Position numbers and translations under genes: made by a program. From a virus (Duplodnaviria; Caudoviricetes): a stretch of DNA of 52,670 bases. Below, one piece after another: positions 1-10,344 of the stretch (positions are counted from its first letter, which is position 1; each line of letters begins with the position of its first letter). Under the pieces are notes generated by a model. That model made no database searches. It worked only from the letters and a program-made list of their open reading frames with translations, and was not told the DNA's origin. Where the stretch lies: the IMG/VR virus record IMGVR_UViG_3300034068_000720, positions 1 through 52,670 of that record; one strand, 5' to 3'.

Positions 1-23
1 AAATTATATACAAAGGAAAAATT

Positions 24-923
24 ATGACAACAACAATCACAATCAAAGATCGAGCAGTCAATGCCACATACCAAAATGTTACAGGATTAACAGGCGGTAC
101 TGGCGATGGTGCTACATTTGATGTAACAAAAACCAATGGAGTTTACTCCGTTGTACTTGATAGCCTAGCCGCAAGCGCAGGTACAGGTTATGTGGCAGGC
201 GATACAATTACTCTTGCTGGCACAGCACTAGGTGGCACAGCGGCTAACAATTTGATTGTTACAGTGGCCACAGTTGGCACTGCTGGTAAGATTGCTACAT
301 TTGGTGTAGTAGGCACAGGTCGTGTAGGTGATGGCACAGTTGATGTTACAGTAGATGTCACAGGTACCGCAGGTGTTGACACTTACACAATGGGTGGTGC
401 AAGCACTGAATACACTGTTACTAAGACAGCTGGCAACATTGAATTAGACAGCACATTGGTCAGCAACATGGAATTTAATCTTGCCGACCACGAACGTGTG
501 GTGTTCACAGACAAAGCTGTTGCCTATGATGCCGCAGGCCGTGCAGGTGATGTATATGCATTGTTAGCTGCCGCACTTGGCACCGCAGATGTAACTAATG
601 CATACAAAGGCATTGGTATCAGTCTTGCTGATGCAGGTTGGACAAACAAAGAACTAGCAACAGCATTGCTAGCCACAGATGCTTACAAAACTGATGCAGG
701 CGGTGTTAGCAACGAAACATTTATTAAGCATGTCTACAAAAATGTATTTGGCTCTGATGCTACATTGACTCAAGTCACTGACTACACAGCTTGGATGACC
801 AATAGCAATTTGAGCCAAGCTGATGTCCTGGTTGCTGCCAGTGAGTTGACAGCTTTTGAAACCACAATTGGCCTGGTTGGACTAGCAACTACTGGTATCG
901 AGTACACACCAGTAACAGTTTAA
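24..923 (+). CDS. Thr/Gly-rich surface/S-layer-like protein with C-terminal DUF4214-like domain
   Basis: AAGGA SD; beta-rich Thr/Gly N-terminus; C-terminal FIKHVYKNVFG..SQADVLVAASE resembles DUF4214. Confidence 0.65.
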   Translation: MTTTITIKDRAVNATYQNVTGLTGGTGDGATFDVTKTNGVYSVVLDSLAASAGTGYVAGDTITLAGTALGGTAANNLIVTVATVGTAGKIATFGVVGTGRVGDGTVDVTVDVTGTAGVDTYTMGGASTEYTVTKTAGNIELDSTLVSNMEFNLADHERVVFTDKAVAYDAAGRAGDVYALLAAALGTADVTNAYKGIGISLADAGWTNKELATALLATDAYKTDAGGVSNETFIKHVYKNVFGSDATLTQVTDYTAWMTNSNLSQADVLVAASELTAFETTIGLVGLATTGIEYTPVTV

Positions 924-939
924 TTTATTACACTGACTC

Positions 940-968
940 AAAAAGGTCCATAATGGACCTTTTCTTTT
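940..968 (+). terminator. Intrinsic terminator
   Basis: AAAAAGGTCCA-TAA-TGGACCTTTT followed by T-rich tail, after CDS 24..923. Confidence 0.75.
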
Positions 969-1093
969 GGCAAAGTTATGGTGAATTACACAAACTTTGT
1001 AATGAAGATTCACTCGACATTTCATGTAGATCTTGTTACTATTGCTATACACAAGAACAATGTGTATTTTATAATTGATCCAAAGGAAAACAT

Positions 1094-1936
1094 GTGAAAA
1101 AACTTTTATTAGTAGCCGGTACAATATTACTTGGCATTTCGTCTGCTTGCCAGGCAAACTATTCTGCAGAAAACAAAATTATCAAGGTAGTCATTCCGCA
1201 ACAACCGTCAAGCGGCTTAGGCACGTTATATCAACATATAGAAGCTTATGCCAACAAACAAAATATAAAAATGATACCTGTGTACAAGCCAGGTGCACAA
1301 AGTAAGATAGGTATAGATTATGTCAGTAAAGAAAAGAATGATGGCAATACACTTTTATTTTCCACTGTCAGTGACTATGTTGGAGTAAATGCAGACTTTG
1401 AAGCAGTAGCACCTGTTACAAAAATTAACATGATTCTTGTGGCCAGTAAAAAAAGCAAAATTAAAACAGTCACAGACATTGTACAACAGGAACAAGCAAA
1501 TCCAGGAAAACTAACCTGGGCATACATGTCGTCAGCACAGGTTGTGTATATTGATAATTTTGCTAAAGTCAGTGGCATGGATGCAAACAAAATTTATAAG
1601 GTTCCGTTTGGCAACAATACTGGAGTAGGTGTGGTTAACGGAGACGCAGACCTAACAGTGCTATCACCATCTGTTGTAATTTCGCTTAAAGACCATTTGA
1701 CAGTGGTAGACATTGACGACGCAACAAAACAAAAATTGTCTGCAAAGGATAATGCCACAGGCTTATTCTTGCCCAAGAACTCAAGTAAAGATTCGGTTAA
1801 ATTTTGGAATAAATTTGTCAATGACCTGCTGAATGATGAAGACTTTAAACTGGCCTTGAAACCATTGAATACCAGGACCTTTACCAATGCAACATCTAGA
1901 GAACTAGAGAACATTGTCGATAATTGGAAACAGTGA
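1094..1936 (+). CDS. Tripartite tricarboxylate transporter substrate-binding protein (Bug/TctC family)
   Basis: Signal peptide; IKVVIP...YKPGAQSKIG..DGNTLLF motifs typical of Bug proteins; GTG start. Confidence 0.75.
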   Translation: MKKLLLVAGTILLGISSACQANYSAENKIIKVVIPQQPSSGLGTLYQHIEAYANKQNIKMIPVYKPGAQSKIGIDYVSKEKNDGNTLLFSTVSDYVGVNADFEAVAPVTKINMILVASKKSKIKTVTDIVQQEQANPGKLTWAYMSSAQVVYIDNFAKVSGMDANKIYKVPFGNNTGVGVVNGDADLTVLSPSVVISLKDHLTVVDIDDATKQKLSAKDNATGLFLPKNSSKDSVKFWNKFVNDLLNDEDFKLALKPLNTRTFTNATSRELENIVDNWKQ

Positions 1937-2655
1937 TGACACGTACAATATTAGTTACATCAAAATTTTTAAAGCCTATAGCAGGTCACCAAGTTAGTGC
2001 TCGACATAAACGAGCTGTCAAAGACTTTACGGCCAGGCATAATCCAAATGGCTATAGTGTAAGCTCAAGCATTGAAGGTTTACTGCTGAAATTAAACACC
2101 GTAAAAAGCTACGATGAAATCCCTGAAAAGATAGCTGTCTCCTATCCAGATTTAATCAGCAGAGGAATTGATCTCAAAGACACATTTGATGTAATCAGGT
2201 TAACTGCACGCCTGGCCGCAAATAAATTCAATGAAAAACCCCAAGAACTACTGGTTACTGGGCATGTGGGATATAGAAGCCTTGCAGTTGCAGACTGTAA
2301 AAAATTAATATCAGCAGGCTTTGTTGGATGCACACTTTCTCCATTGGTATATGGAATAGAAGCCGCAGAAGAAAGTGCGTATTGTAACAAAAAAGATCCT
2401 TACCATTGGAGTCCAATGGCCATCAAAGATAAAGCAATTATTGAAACGCATGAACCATTGGAAATAACACTGACATTCAGACAAGACCAGATTCTAAAAA
2501 TGATTTGTACACACGGCATGACAAACCATCAAATAGCCCGACGCTTGAACCTTAGTGAAAGTACAGTTAAGATGCACATTGGAGTCATACTGAAAAAATA
2601 CAACGCCCAACATCGTACTCAACTGGTTCTTTTGGACAAACAGCCTAGACTATAG
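1936..2655 (+). CDS. LuxR-family C-terminal HTH regulator
   Basis: LTFRQDQIL..GMTNHQIARRLNLSESTVKMHI; ATG overlaps upstream stop. Confidence 0.85.
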   Translation: MTRTILVTSKFLKPIAGHQVSARHKRAVKDFTARHNPNGYSVSSSIEGLLLKLNTVKSYDEIPEKIAVSYPDLISRGIDLKDTFDVIRLTARLAANKFNEKPQELLVTGHVGYRSLAVADCKKLISAGFVGCTLSPLVYGIEAAEESAYCNKKDPYHWSPMAIKDKAIIETHEPLEITLTFRQDQILKMICTHGMTNHQIARRLNLSESTVKMHIGVILKKYNAQHRTQLVLLDKQPRL

Positions 2656-2709
2656 TACAGGTTGTTGTATTGTGCGTGGTTGTAACTAATTGTAACAACA
2701 AGGAATTAC

Positions 2710-2928
2710 ATGCAAAATACAAACAACCTACCTAGACTTACCAATAGGCAACAAGAGGTATTCAATTTGATTGCTAACCGAGGTATTAGCAACAAACAAA
2801 TTGCTCGAACACTAGGCATCAGTGAAAGCACAGTTAAGATACACGTAAGTGCTGTTATGCGTAATCTTTGTGTTAGGAATAGAACACAGTTGGCTCTAAT
2901 GAAATCAATTGTGAGTATTACAGATTAA
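2710..2928 (+). CDS. Stand-alone LuxR/GerE-type HTH protein
   Basis: LTNRQQEVF..GISNKQIARTLGISESTVKIHVSAV; AGGA SD. Confidence 0.9.
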   Translation: MQNTNNLPRLTNRQQEVFNLIANRGISNKQIARTLGISESTVKIHVSAVMRNLCVRNRTQLALMKSIVSITD

Positions 2929-3495
2929 ACTTTTTAGTTTAACTGCACATTCTTCAAATGTAGGATTGCCTTTGAATCTTAAACTTAGGCACCATCTGGC
3001 TTTTTCATCGGTGTTTTCAACACTATGAATTACACTTGTCCTGACTAAAGTAGGTTTAGTAATCATAAATTTGTCTAGGACGGTAAAATCATTCGTATTG
3101 TGAAATTTATTATTGTTTCTTGTACCATAGTGTATACCATTTAATTTGGCTTTTTCAAACGTTGGTAAGACTTGAGGTAATGTTGTTGAAAACCAATACA
3201 TCAGCGATTCTGTATTGTCCAGGTTGATATTAACTGCACAATTCCAGGAGTCCCATGTATTTGTACTGCTATTATGAATTACATCATGATGAACTGCTCC
3301 TGTTAAGCCAGGCGACTTGTGGAATATTTCTACGTCATGCAATTCCAAATCTAATTTAGAAAAAAGTTCAGTTATTTCTGAATGTATGAATTTTGATGGT
3401 ACGTGCCAATACTTTGGATACAGACTATCTATGGCCGGGCGCACATAATCGTCTGTTAGAATTTTTTCTTGCAAATCAAGTTCTAGATAATACAT
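2905..3495 (-). CDS. Fe/2OG-dependent oxygenase-like (cupin fold) protein
   Basis: HxD (AVHHD), distal His (IHSVEN), RWCLSLRF terminal strand. Confidence 0.55.
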   Translation of the reverse strand: MYYLELDLQEKILTDDYVRPAIDSLYPKYWHVPSKFIHSEITELFSKLDLELHDVEIFHKSPGLTGAVHHDVIHNSSTNTWDSWNCAVNINLDNTESLMYWFSTTLPQVLPTFEKAKLNGIHYGTRNNNKFHNTNDFTVLDKFMITKPTLVRTSVIHSVENTDEKARWCLSLRFKGNPTFEECAVKLKSLICNTHN

Positions 3496-3500
3496 ATAAT

Positions 3501-4235
3501 TTAAAGATTAAAGTACTCAGCAATACCTGCTCGTTCGGCCCACTCTTTATTGAATTTTCCGTCGATTCGTAAACTCCATGCCGCACATTGCGGATGGCCT
3601 TCACTTGCATGGATATTGTGAGTATTGAACACACATGCTCTGCTGGTAGAATGGTGTGTTTCACCAGTTTCATGATCCTTAATAACCAATCTCTTGGGTA
3701 CAACGCCTGTTAGCCAAATAAATGGGTCCATTGTATTTTTCTTAGACAAATCATTCTCGGGGTAGTCACAATGAAGAGCTGTCCGCTGTCCAGGCTCGCT
3801 GATCCAAAAAATTACTCTGCCGTACTCAGTAAAGCAATTCTGTGCATCTATCCAATCAAATAAAAATTTAAATTGATCATCAAATCCATATTTTATTGCA
3901 TTACTTTTCAGATGCTTTTCATGATACTTTGCTGGATATCCTTTATTACCTCGTAAGATAAAACCATTTCCAAGTGTAACTGCTCCAGATAATTTAGCAT
4001 AATGCAAGGCTTCTACACGAGTTAACTCGGGCATTTCTGCCAGAATACGATCACGCTCATTATATACACTCACTGTAGATTGATCATAAAGTGTATTTTG
4101 GCTAGTACCAGAAGGACTAAAATGTGCATGATTCTTAGCCAAACCAAACGCAATTTTATCGTTCATCTCGTCGAATGCTTTCATGTCTAGATAGTTTTCT
4201 AGATTACAAAATATTTGATTATTAATTAGATGCAT
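3501..4235 (-). CDS. Fe/2OG oxygenase-like protein, paralog of 40113..40907
   Basis: ALHCD, NIHASE, SLRIDGKF (last motif shared with the paralog). Confidence 0.55.
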   Translation of the reverse strand: MHLINNQIFCNLENYLDMKAFDEMNDKIAFGLAKNHAHFSPSGTSQNTLYDQSTVSVYNERDRILAEMPELTRVEALHYAKLSGAVTLGNGFILRGNKGYPAKYHEKHLKSNAIKYGFDDQFKFLFDWIDAQNCFTEYGRVIFWISEPGQRTALHCDYPENDLSKKNTMDPFIWLTGVVPKRLVIKDHETGETHHSTSRACVFNTHNIHASEGHPQCAAWSLRIDGKFNKEWAERAGIAEYFNL

Positions 4236-4274
4236 ATTATTTTTCCTTGGGCATTGTATTTAACTTTATACTGT

Positions 4275-4934
4275 TCATTGGGCAGTCTCACCTGAAAACA
4301 GCAGGTTATTGTTTTTAAAAACGTCTCTCCAATATCCCGACGTTGGAACCAAAGCCCAAAGTTTGGTATTTTCAAAAACTATCAATGTTCGTTTACCTCT
4401 GAATTGATTCACTGCCTGGGAGACACCTGGGAAAATAGATAAAAAGTCATCCCCAATCAACAGATCAGTGTCGGTCATAAACTTCTTAATGTCATTTCTA
4501 ACATCTTCGTAATAGTGAGAGGCATCAATGAATGTTAAATTATATTTTTTGTCTCTGACAAAGTCTCTGCTAGCAACCGGATGTACATCTAAATCGTTAT
4601 AGATATCATCTCCTACGCAAAATTTGAATGCCTTTTGCCATCCACTAAAAATTGCAATATGCTTTGCTCTTTCGTATAGATCGGGATCTCCCATTTCAAA
4701 ATTTACTTGCCTAAATGTTTTTTCAATTAAAGTAGGATCAAGGAATCCTCTAAAATTATCCACCACTGTCATTTTCACTGAGGGCAATTTTCCATTGTAC
4801 AAGGCAGCAGTTGAACTGCCCAAGAAGCAACCAACTTCTAATATAGATCCATTCTCAGGCACCGCTTGTGCTATCTTTGACAGTAGTGTCAGTTCCTCTA
4901 ACTTCATCCATCCGGGAATACTTGTGTTAATCAT
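4275..4934 (-). CDS. Class I SAM-dependent methyltransferase (Methyltransf_24-like)
   Basis: ILEVGCFLGSST, FIDASHYYE, IGDDF. Confidence 0.85.
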   Translation of the reverse strand: MINTSIPGWMKLEELTLLSKIAQAVPENGSILEVGCFLGSSTAALYNGKLPSVKMTVVDNFRGFLDPTLIEKTFRQVNFEMGDPDLYERAKHIAIFSGWQKAFKFCVGDDIYNDLDVHPVASRDFVRDKKYNLTFIDASHYYEDVRNDIKKFMTDTDLLIGDDFLSIFPGVSQAVNQFRGKRTLIVFENTKLWALVPTSGYWRDVFKNNNLLFSGETAQ

Positions 4935-5452
4935 GTTGGTTTATAAGTGTTATCTACTATGCTCATCATTATGTGTATTCTTGGTTCTTGCCCACTGTTT
5001 ACAAATTTATGACAATTCTTTGCATCTACCCAATATATATCTCCATTGGCCTCAATGGTGTCGAGGCCGGTGGGCATTGATATAATAGGTATATGAATTC
5101 TGGCATACTTATCAGCGTTTGTAGGGTATAGTCCAGTGTCTCTCATCCGCATAATTCTTGCCCTGCAAACTGGAGTTGGCATGCTCATAATCAACTCTTC
5201 AAATATGGAATTTTTAAATCTGGGAAGTATAGTGCTATAGTCAGTCTCCAGCATGCCTGGTTTCGAAAAGCCAACAGAGTCCCATATATTATTTCTCCAC
5301 GGATCAATCTGCAAAGGAATTTGAGATTGATAGTGTTTATGTGTTCGTTCTATTTCTAAGACATATTCAAGAGTTGCAGATTTTAGCTCTTCAAATTTTT
5401 CAAATTGGGCTATAACTGCAACGGATCTGGTTATTCCACTCATGCTAGCCAT
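4931..5452 (-). CDS. Aspartyl/asparaginyl beta-hydroxylase-like oxygenase (first metal ligand appears substituted)
   Basis: RARIMRM, RIHIPI, HKFVNSGQEPRIHI; HxD position reads NAD; start uncertain. Confidence 0.55.
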   Translation of the reverse strand: MASMSGITRSVAVIAQFEKFEELKSATLEYVLEIERTHKHYQSQIPLQIDPWRNNIWDSVGFSKPGMLETDYSTILPRFKNSIFEELIMSMPTPVCRARIMRMRDTGLYPTNADKYARIHIPIISMPTGLDTIEANGDIYWVDAKNCHKFVNSGQEPRIHIMMSIVDNTYKPT

Positions 5453-6146
5453 GTTGAGCACTTTCATATTCAAGTCGCTTTTTTTCAAAGCCGTTAAACC
5501 AATTCTTAACGTGAGCCAAATTGACCACCAATGATTCTAAATCCGCATGTTCGTCCTTTGATTTGACTTTGTATCTAGCCCCAATTTCTTTTGCTTTGCC
5601 AGAAACAAGATCATCAAAGTCAATTAGTGTTGCTGATTTATTTGCTATTAGCCAGTCCTGCAGATGACATGCAGAATGATAATTCCAATACATTTTCCTA
5701 AATGTTCCTTGTTGGAATGTTGTGGCCTTGCTTTGAGTTAGGCCGTCAAAATTTGAGTTTGTTGATGTTATATAAAAACTTAAAATCTGTTCCCATGCAT
5801 TTCTACGTACACAAACCCAATGGAAGTCTTTAAATTCTTCAACCAAGAAAGGAAACTCTAATAAAGTTTCTGGCCAAATTGTAATTACACTTTTATCAAA
5901 TTTTTTGTACTGCTTCAATCTGGTGTAATGTGTCATTGAATTTTTAAACTCACGTTCAGAATCTGACAGTATGTATTCAAGGTACTCATCCCTTCTAATG
6001 GCTTTATCATCTTCGATATATGTAGTGCGAGGAGAAAACCATTCACCATGTGCATGGTAGCCAGCATCTTCTACTATTTTTGATAATAGTTTCGTTCCAG
6101 ATCTAGGAGGAGAAAAGATTACAATGTTGTTATGATCTAGTAGCAT
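5445..6146 (-). CDS. Sulfotransferase-family (Stf0-like) protein
   Basis: 5'-PSB motif SPPRSGTKLL, HGEWF, VRRNAWEQILS. Confidence 0.7.
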   Translation of the reverse strand: MLLDHNNIVIFSPPRSGTKLLSKIVEDAGYHAHGEWFSPRTTYIEDDKAIRRDEYLEYILSDSEREFKNSMTHYTRLKQYKKFDKSVITIWPETLLEFPFLVEEFKDFHWVCVRRNAWEQILSFYITSTNSNFDGLTQSKATTFQQGTFRKMYWNYHSACHLQDWLIANKSATLIDFDDLVSGKAKEIGARYKVKSKDEHADLESLVVNLAHVKNWFNGFEKKRLEYESAQHG

Positions 6147-7063
6147 TAAAAATTCCAGTCTTTGAATTCTTTTATGTTTCCGGAACAAGATTCTAAATGC
6201 TTGACCAGTTCGTTGTAGTTTACACTGACACTGGTTTCTACAGGATAGTTCCAATGTGGGACTGTCCATTCAGGATAATTTTCGTAACCTGTTTTTTTGG
6301 TGGGCCATAGTATGTCTTTTCTAAAATACTGTCCTTTAACCAGTCCTTTGAGGTAATAATTGAATCTACTCAGTGGAGCCATCTTCATAGTCTTAGAAGA
6401 AACTAAGTCGTTGTTATTATAATACTCAGATACATCTCCCCAGGTTTTAATTAGGTCATCACAGTAGTATGCTGCCAAGCTTTCTGCACTGTATGGGAAA
6501 TCTAATATTGTTCTATGCTTGCCAATCAGATCAAACCTTAATAGTAAACTTTCGTAATAGTTGTGATAAATGTGAATGCCCTTGTTAGAGTTCCCTATTA
6601 GTGCAGGTTCGTTTGCCCCACTCATGATCATTGGAAATTTCTCTGGCAATTGTTTGCTGGCCCATTCAAATGGATGATGCAACAGCGAGATAGATTTTTC
6701 TACTTCTTTACGTTTCAACCATGCTTCTTTGTGCTGTTCTAAATTGAGTTCTAGTATCTTAATGCTTATGCCATAGAATTTCGCTGACTCTTTTACCACG
6801 TTGTATTCAAAGTCATTGCGTCCTTTGACATGTATAAAGAAAGGCTCAAAATCTGCCTTCATATCTAAAAAGCATCTGAGAATAACCTGACTGTCAACAC
6901 CTGAACTAAACGCTACATAGACCCGCCCATGTTCAGCGTTGATGCGTTTTACATCATTGTTTAATTCTTCTCTAAGATTGCCAAATGCTCTGGATGGGCT
7001 TTCGTATTTTACAATAAATTTACCGTCAATGAGGTCGTAAGTGATTGGATTATTTGTTGTCAT
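6146..7063 (-). CDS. PP-loop (adenine nucleotide alpha-hydrolase / asparagine-synthetase-like) protein
   Basis: VAFSSGVDS motif; C-terminal KKTGYE. Confidence 0.6.
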   Translation of the reverse strand: MTTNNPITYDLIDGKFIVKYESPSRAFGNLREELNNDVKRINAEHGRVYVAFSSGVDSQVILRCFLDMKADFEPFFIHVKGRNDFEYNVVKESAKFYGISIKILELNLEQHKEAWLKRKEVEKSISLLHHPFEWASKQLPEKFPMIMSGANEPALIGNSNKGIHIYHNYYESLLLRFDLIGKHRTILDFPYSAESLAAYYCDDLIKTWGDVSEYYNNNDLVSSKTMKMAPLSRFNYYLKGLVKGQYFRKDILWPTKKTGYENYPEWTVPHWNYPVETSVSVNYNELVKHLESCSGNIKEFKDWNF

Positions 7064-7508
7064 ATCTTTTTATCATTTTTACAATTTCTGTTTCATACCC
7101 TGCTTGACGAGCTGCCACCATCATGGCCGTATTGCCAACATGTATAAATGTAATAGACTTTTTACAATTGCCGTTTTTAACACGACTGTCGTAATATTTA
7201 ACTATCAACTTCAACAATCCTCTACGCCTGTAGTTTTTGTCTATAGCTGTTAAAATTATTCTAGTGCTGTGTTGTTCCCATACCCAGACCCTAAGTCCGA
7301 CAATTTCATCATTGTATGTCAGATATATCACCCGACATGATTTTATACTGGGGATAAAATTTGAAGTGGCAAAACCTGCTTCAAGCAATTCTCCCCACTG
7401 TCTGGCAAAAAAAGCAGTTACTTTTGCTGGCATGTTTTCATGATTGCAAAAGTTAATTTTTATCTCATTGCCTAGTTTGTCTACTTCGGTGCCAATTAAT
7501 TGTGTCAT
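7050..7508 (-). CDS. GNAT acetyltransferase
   Basis: AIDKNYRRRGL and NTAM..ARQAGY motifs; start set 5 nt after TAAGTA. Confidence 0.75.
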   Translation of the reverse strand: MTQLIGTEVDKLGNEIKINFCNHENMPAKVTAFFARQWGELLEAGFATSNFIPSIKSCRVIYLTYNDEIVGLRVWVWEQHSTRIILTAIDKNYRRRGLLKLIVKYYDSRVKNGNCKKSITFIHVGNTAMMVAARQAGYETEIVKMIKRYDNK

Positions 7509-7601
7509 GTACATACTTATTGACTCATTGACTGCCTAAACTAACCAATTTGGCGTTTCTTATGGCAAATCAACCAAGTATATGGCATTATAAGTAGTGG
7601 T

Positions 7602-8813
7602 ATGCACTTTCTCAATGGATATTATTTTGTTGGCCGCGAAATTGTCGAAAGCAAAGTCCATGCACTGGTTCAAGCCAGTGAAAAAAGGACTGATGTCAAG
7701 TGGTGGTATTACAATGAAATTTTTGATAACGCAAATGAAAATTTCCGACTGCATGATGCGTCAGTTGAAGCCATGTACAAGCAACGTGCTCTACAACTTC
7801 GCGACTCATACGACTATTTGATCTTAAACTACAGTGGTGGGGCTGATAGCCACAACATACTGGCCACGTTTTTAAAAAATAACATCCGGCTGGATCACAT
7901 CTTTGTACAATGGCCGGAACGCCTGATGGATCGGGGGCTGTATGTTCCAAATTCAGTTGATAAAAGCAATGCCAATTTCCATAGCGAATGGGACCTGGTC
8001 CTAAAAAAAGACTTGGAATGGCTAGGTAAGAATCATCCAGAAATCAAAATAGAAATTGCAGATTGGACCATGACTGTCAGTGACAAGTTCTATTCAGATG
8101 ATATTTTTGCCAATACAGTAAGCAATCTTCCTAGTATTGCACGAGCACAGAAACAACATACATTTAGCCCTACTGAAGGAAAACTAGCATTGGCAGGTAA
8201 AAAAGTTGCTAGTATATTTGGTGTAGACAAACCACAAGTGACGTTTGCAGACGATAAATGGTTTATGAGTTTTGTTGATACAGCTTGTATGGCCGGTGCA
8301 AATCCTGATAATCCAAATGGTACTGAATACTTTTATATAACACCAATGATGCCAGAACTTGCAATACTACAGGCGCATAAAGTTGCAGAATGGTACATTG
8401 CACATCCTGAAAAACTTTATCTAGTGCGTAATAAAAAATTCCGCTTCAGGAATGAAGCCGGCTACAATCAAATGACCCATCAACAGCACTATGCCGAGTA
8501 TGACGAAATTGCAGAAATTGTCAAACAAGTTTGCTATCCTGATTGGGATTTTAATAAATTTCAGGCCGCTAAACCGTTTAGTCAACTTGACAATTTACAA
8601 ATGGGAGTAAGGGCATGGGATAATATTCTTACTGTATTGCCTACTTTTAATAGAACACAACAGGCATGGGAATATCACTGGAAATCGTATCTGGATAAAA
8701 TCAATCCTCGCTTTATGCGAAGCAGAGATACTGTGGCAGTATGTAGGTCTAGATATTATGAACTCAATCTGAACTCCCCGGGGCCATTGAGCAAACTAAG
8801 TATTGAATCATGA
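7602..8813 (+). CDS. PP-loop protein (adenine nucleotide alpha-hydrolase-like)
   Basis: LILNYSGGADSHNIL; IFGVDKP. Confidence 0.6.
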   Translation: MHFLNGYYFVGREIVESKVHALVQASEKRTDVKWWYYNEIFDNANENFRLHDASVEAMYKQRALQLRDSYDYLILNYSGGADSHNILATFLKNNIRLDHIFVQWPERLMDRGLYVPNSVDKSNANFHSEWDLVLKKDLEWLGKNHPEIKIEIADWTMTVSDKFYSDDIFANTVSNLPSIARAQKQHTFSPTEGKLALAGKKVASIFGVDKPQVTFADDKWFMSFVDTACMAGANPDNPNGTEYFYITPMMPELAILQAHKVAEWYIAHPEKLYLVRNKKFRFRNEAGYNQMTHQQHYAEYDEIAEIVKQVCYPDWDFNKFQAAKPFSQLDNLQMGVRAWDNILTVLPTFNRTQQAWEYHWKSYLDKINPRFMRSRDTVAVCRSRYYELNLNSPGPLSKLSIES

Positions 8814-9112
8814 TTAGATTTACAAAAACGCAGACAAGGTCTGACCAAACAACTCCATATTATGAATCATCTGATGACGAGGTTACGGCCTATTTTAATA
8901 ATAAATTTATTAAACCACTCAAGTTGCTTGCTGATGTGAAAACGTTGTCTGACGATAAGTTAACATTAGTCAGCGTATCAGACTGGGCCACAGTTGAAGA
9001 TTATTTAGATATGTTGACTGACGAGTATTGTTATGTTAACATTACGGCTCCAACAAAAGAATATAATGAAAAGAACAATATTATCTTAACAGTTATTGCA
9101 GAGGAAATATAA
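8810..9112 (+). CDS. Hypothetical protein, paralog of 10345..10665
   Basis: TQTRSD.TPYY / LSDDKLTL..VSDW match QTRPN.VPFW / ISADELTL..MIW. Confidence 0.7.
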   Translation: MIRFTKTQTRSDQTTPYYESSDDEVTAYFNNKFIKPLKLLADVKTLSDDKLTLVSVSDWATVEDYLDMLTDEYCYVNITAPTKEYNEKNNIILTVIAEEI

Positions 9113-9113
9113 A

Positions 9114-10274
9114 ATGGCATGGGCATGGGGAACTACAGAAATTACAAAGCCAACGAAGGTTGTACAGGAGACTGCAATCTTAGAAGAACCGCATGTGGAA
9201 ATGTTCGATCCGCACTCGGGTGAGTGGTTGTTAAACAAGTTTGAAACATACAAACAACTTCGTGCAGGAGATACAGCATACTGGAGTAGAAAATACCAAA
9301 TGTATGCCTTAACTCGTTATGACGATGTTGTGTTTGCTCTAGACAATCCTGAAATATTTTCTTCAGAAGAAGGTAATTTGATTGCTAAAGATTCAGCAAA
9401 TTTTGAAAAAACATTAGGTGCAAGTAACGATGACTTCCAGCGAATCGCTGAGGTGTTTGCAGAAAGTTGTAGAGAATTAATCAAACCCGTTGATAATTTA
9501 AATATTTCCAAAATCATTGAAGACCTAAGTGCAACAGTGGTTACTGAAATGATTAATCCACCTTTTAAGAAAGATGAAATTAAACAGTATGTAAAGCACA
9601 TACAAAAATATCATACTGGTAGTGTCAAGTATAACACAGATGATACTGGTTATAACATGTATACTGACCTGTTGCTTTCCATGGCAGGTACATTACAAGT
9701 TCCACCCAAAGGCCCTGGAATTTATAAAGAGGTTGTTACCAATAACCCTGAAAAGATAGAAATGATGTCATTGTTTGTGGGTCCAGCTGTGTACGGGGCA
9801 AGTTCATTGACTGGTGCGTTAGGAATCCTTACACATGATTTATTCAGAGAAAACAAGCTAGATATTATTTTAGCTGACAGAAGTCTAATCCCCAATTTGA
9901 TCAATGAATCACTGCGATTTCATGCCAGCACCGGTAGATTTTCCCGTACTGTCAAGCAACATGTTAAGTTGCATGGAGTAGACCTTGAACCAGGAACAAA
10001 AGTAGCATTGTGTTTAGAATCTGCTAATAGGGATCCAGCAATGTTTCCAGAATCTGACAAATTTTTATTAGGTCGCAACACCAATGGTCACATGGCCCAT
10101 GCTTGCATTGCGTTACCAATGATCAAACTACTCATGCATGTTTGGGTAGAACAACTCTTGGACTTATATGGTAAATATCGGGTTACAACTGAAAGCAAAG
10201 ATTTACAGTATGTAATAACATTTTCAGGAAATACCAATATGATCTCTAATTTATATCTGGCAACTGATAAATAA
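9114..10274 (+). CDS. Cytochrome P450 with atypical heme-binding loop
   Basis: LTRYDDV, ExxR (ESLR), SANRDP, HACIA; FxxG part of the Cys-pocket motif missing. Confidence 0.8.
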   Translation: MAWAWGTTEITKPTKVVQETAILEEPHVEMFDPHSGEWLLNKFETYKQLRAGDTAYWSRKYQMYALTRYDDVVFALDNPEIFSSEEGNLIAKDSANFEKTLGASNDDFQRIAEVFAESCRELIKPVDNLNISKIIEDLSATVVTEMINPPFKKDEIKQYVKHIQKYHTGSVKYNTDDTGYNMYTDLLLSMAGTLQVPPKGPGIYKEVVTNNPEKIEMMSLFVGPAVYGASSLTGALGILTHDLFRENKLDIILADRSLIPNLINESLRFHASTGRFSRTVKQHVKLHGVDLEPGTKVALCLESANRDPAMFPESDKFLLGRNTNGHMAHACIALPMIKLLMHVWVEQLLDLYGKYRVTTESKDLQYVITFSGNTNMISNLYLATDK

Positions 10275-10344
10275 GTTTAAAGAAATATGCTTAGAGTAGC
10301 GTATTATTGCATTTAAGTGATGTTTACACAAGGAGCTTTCACAC

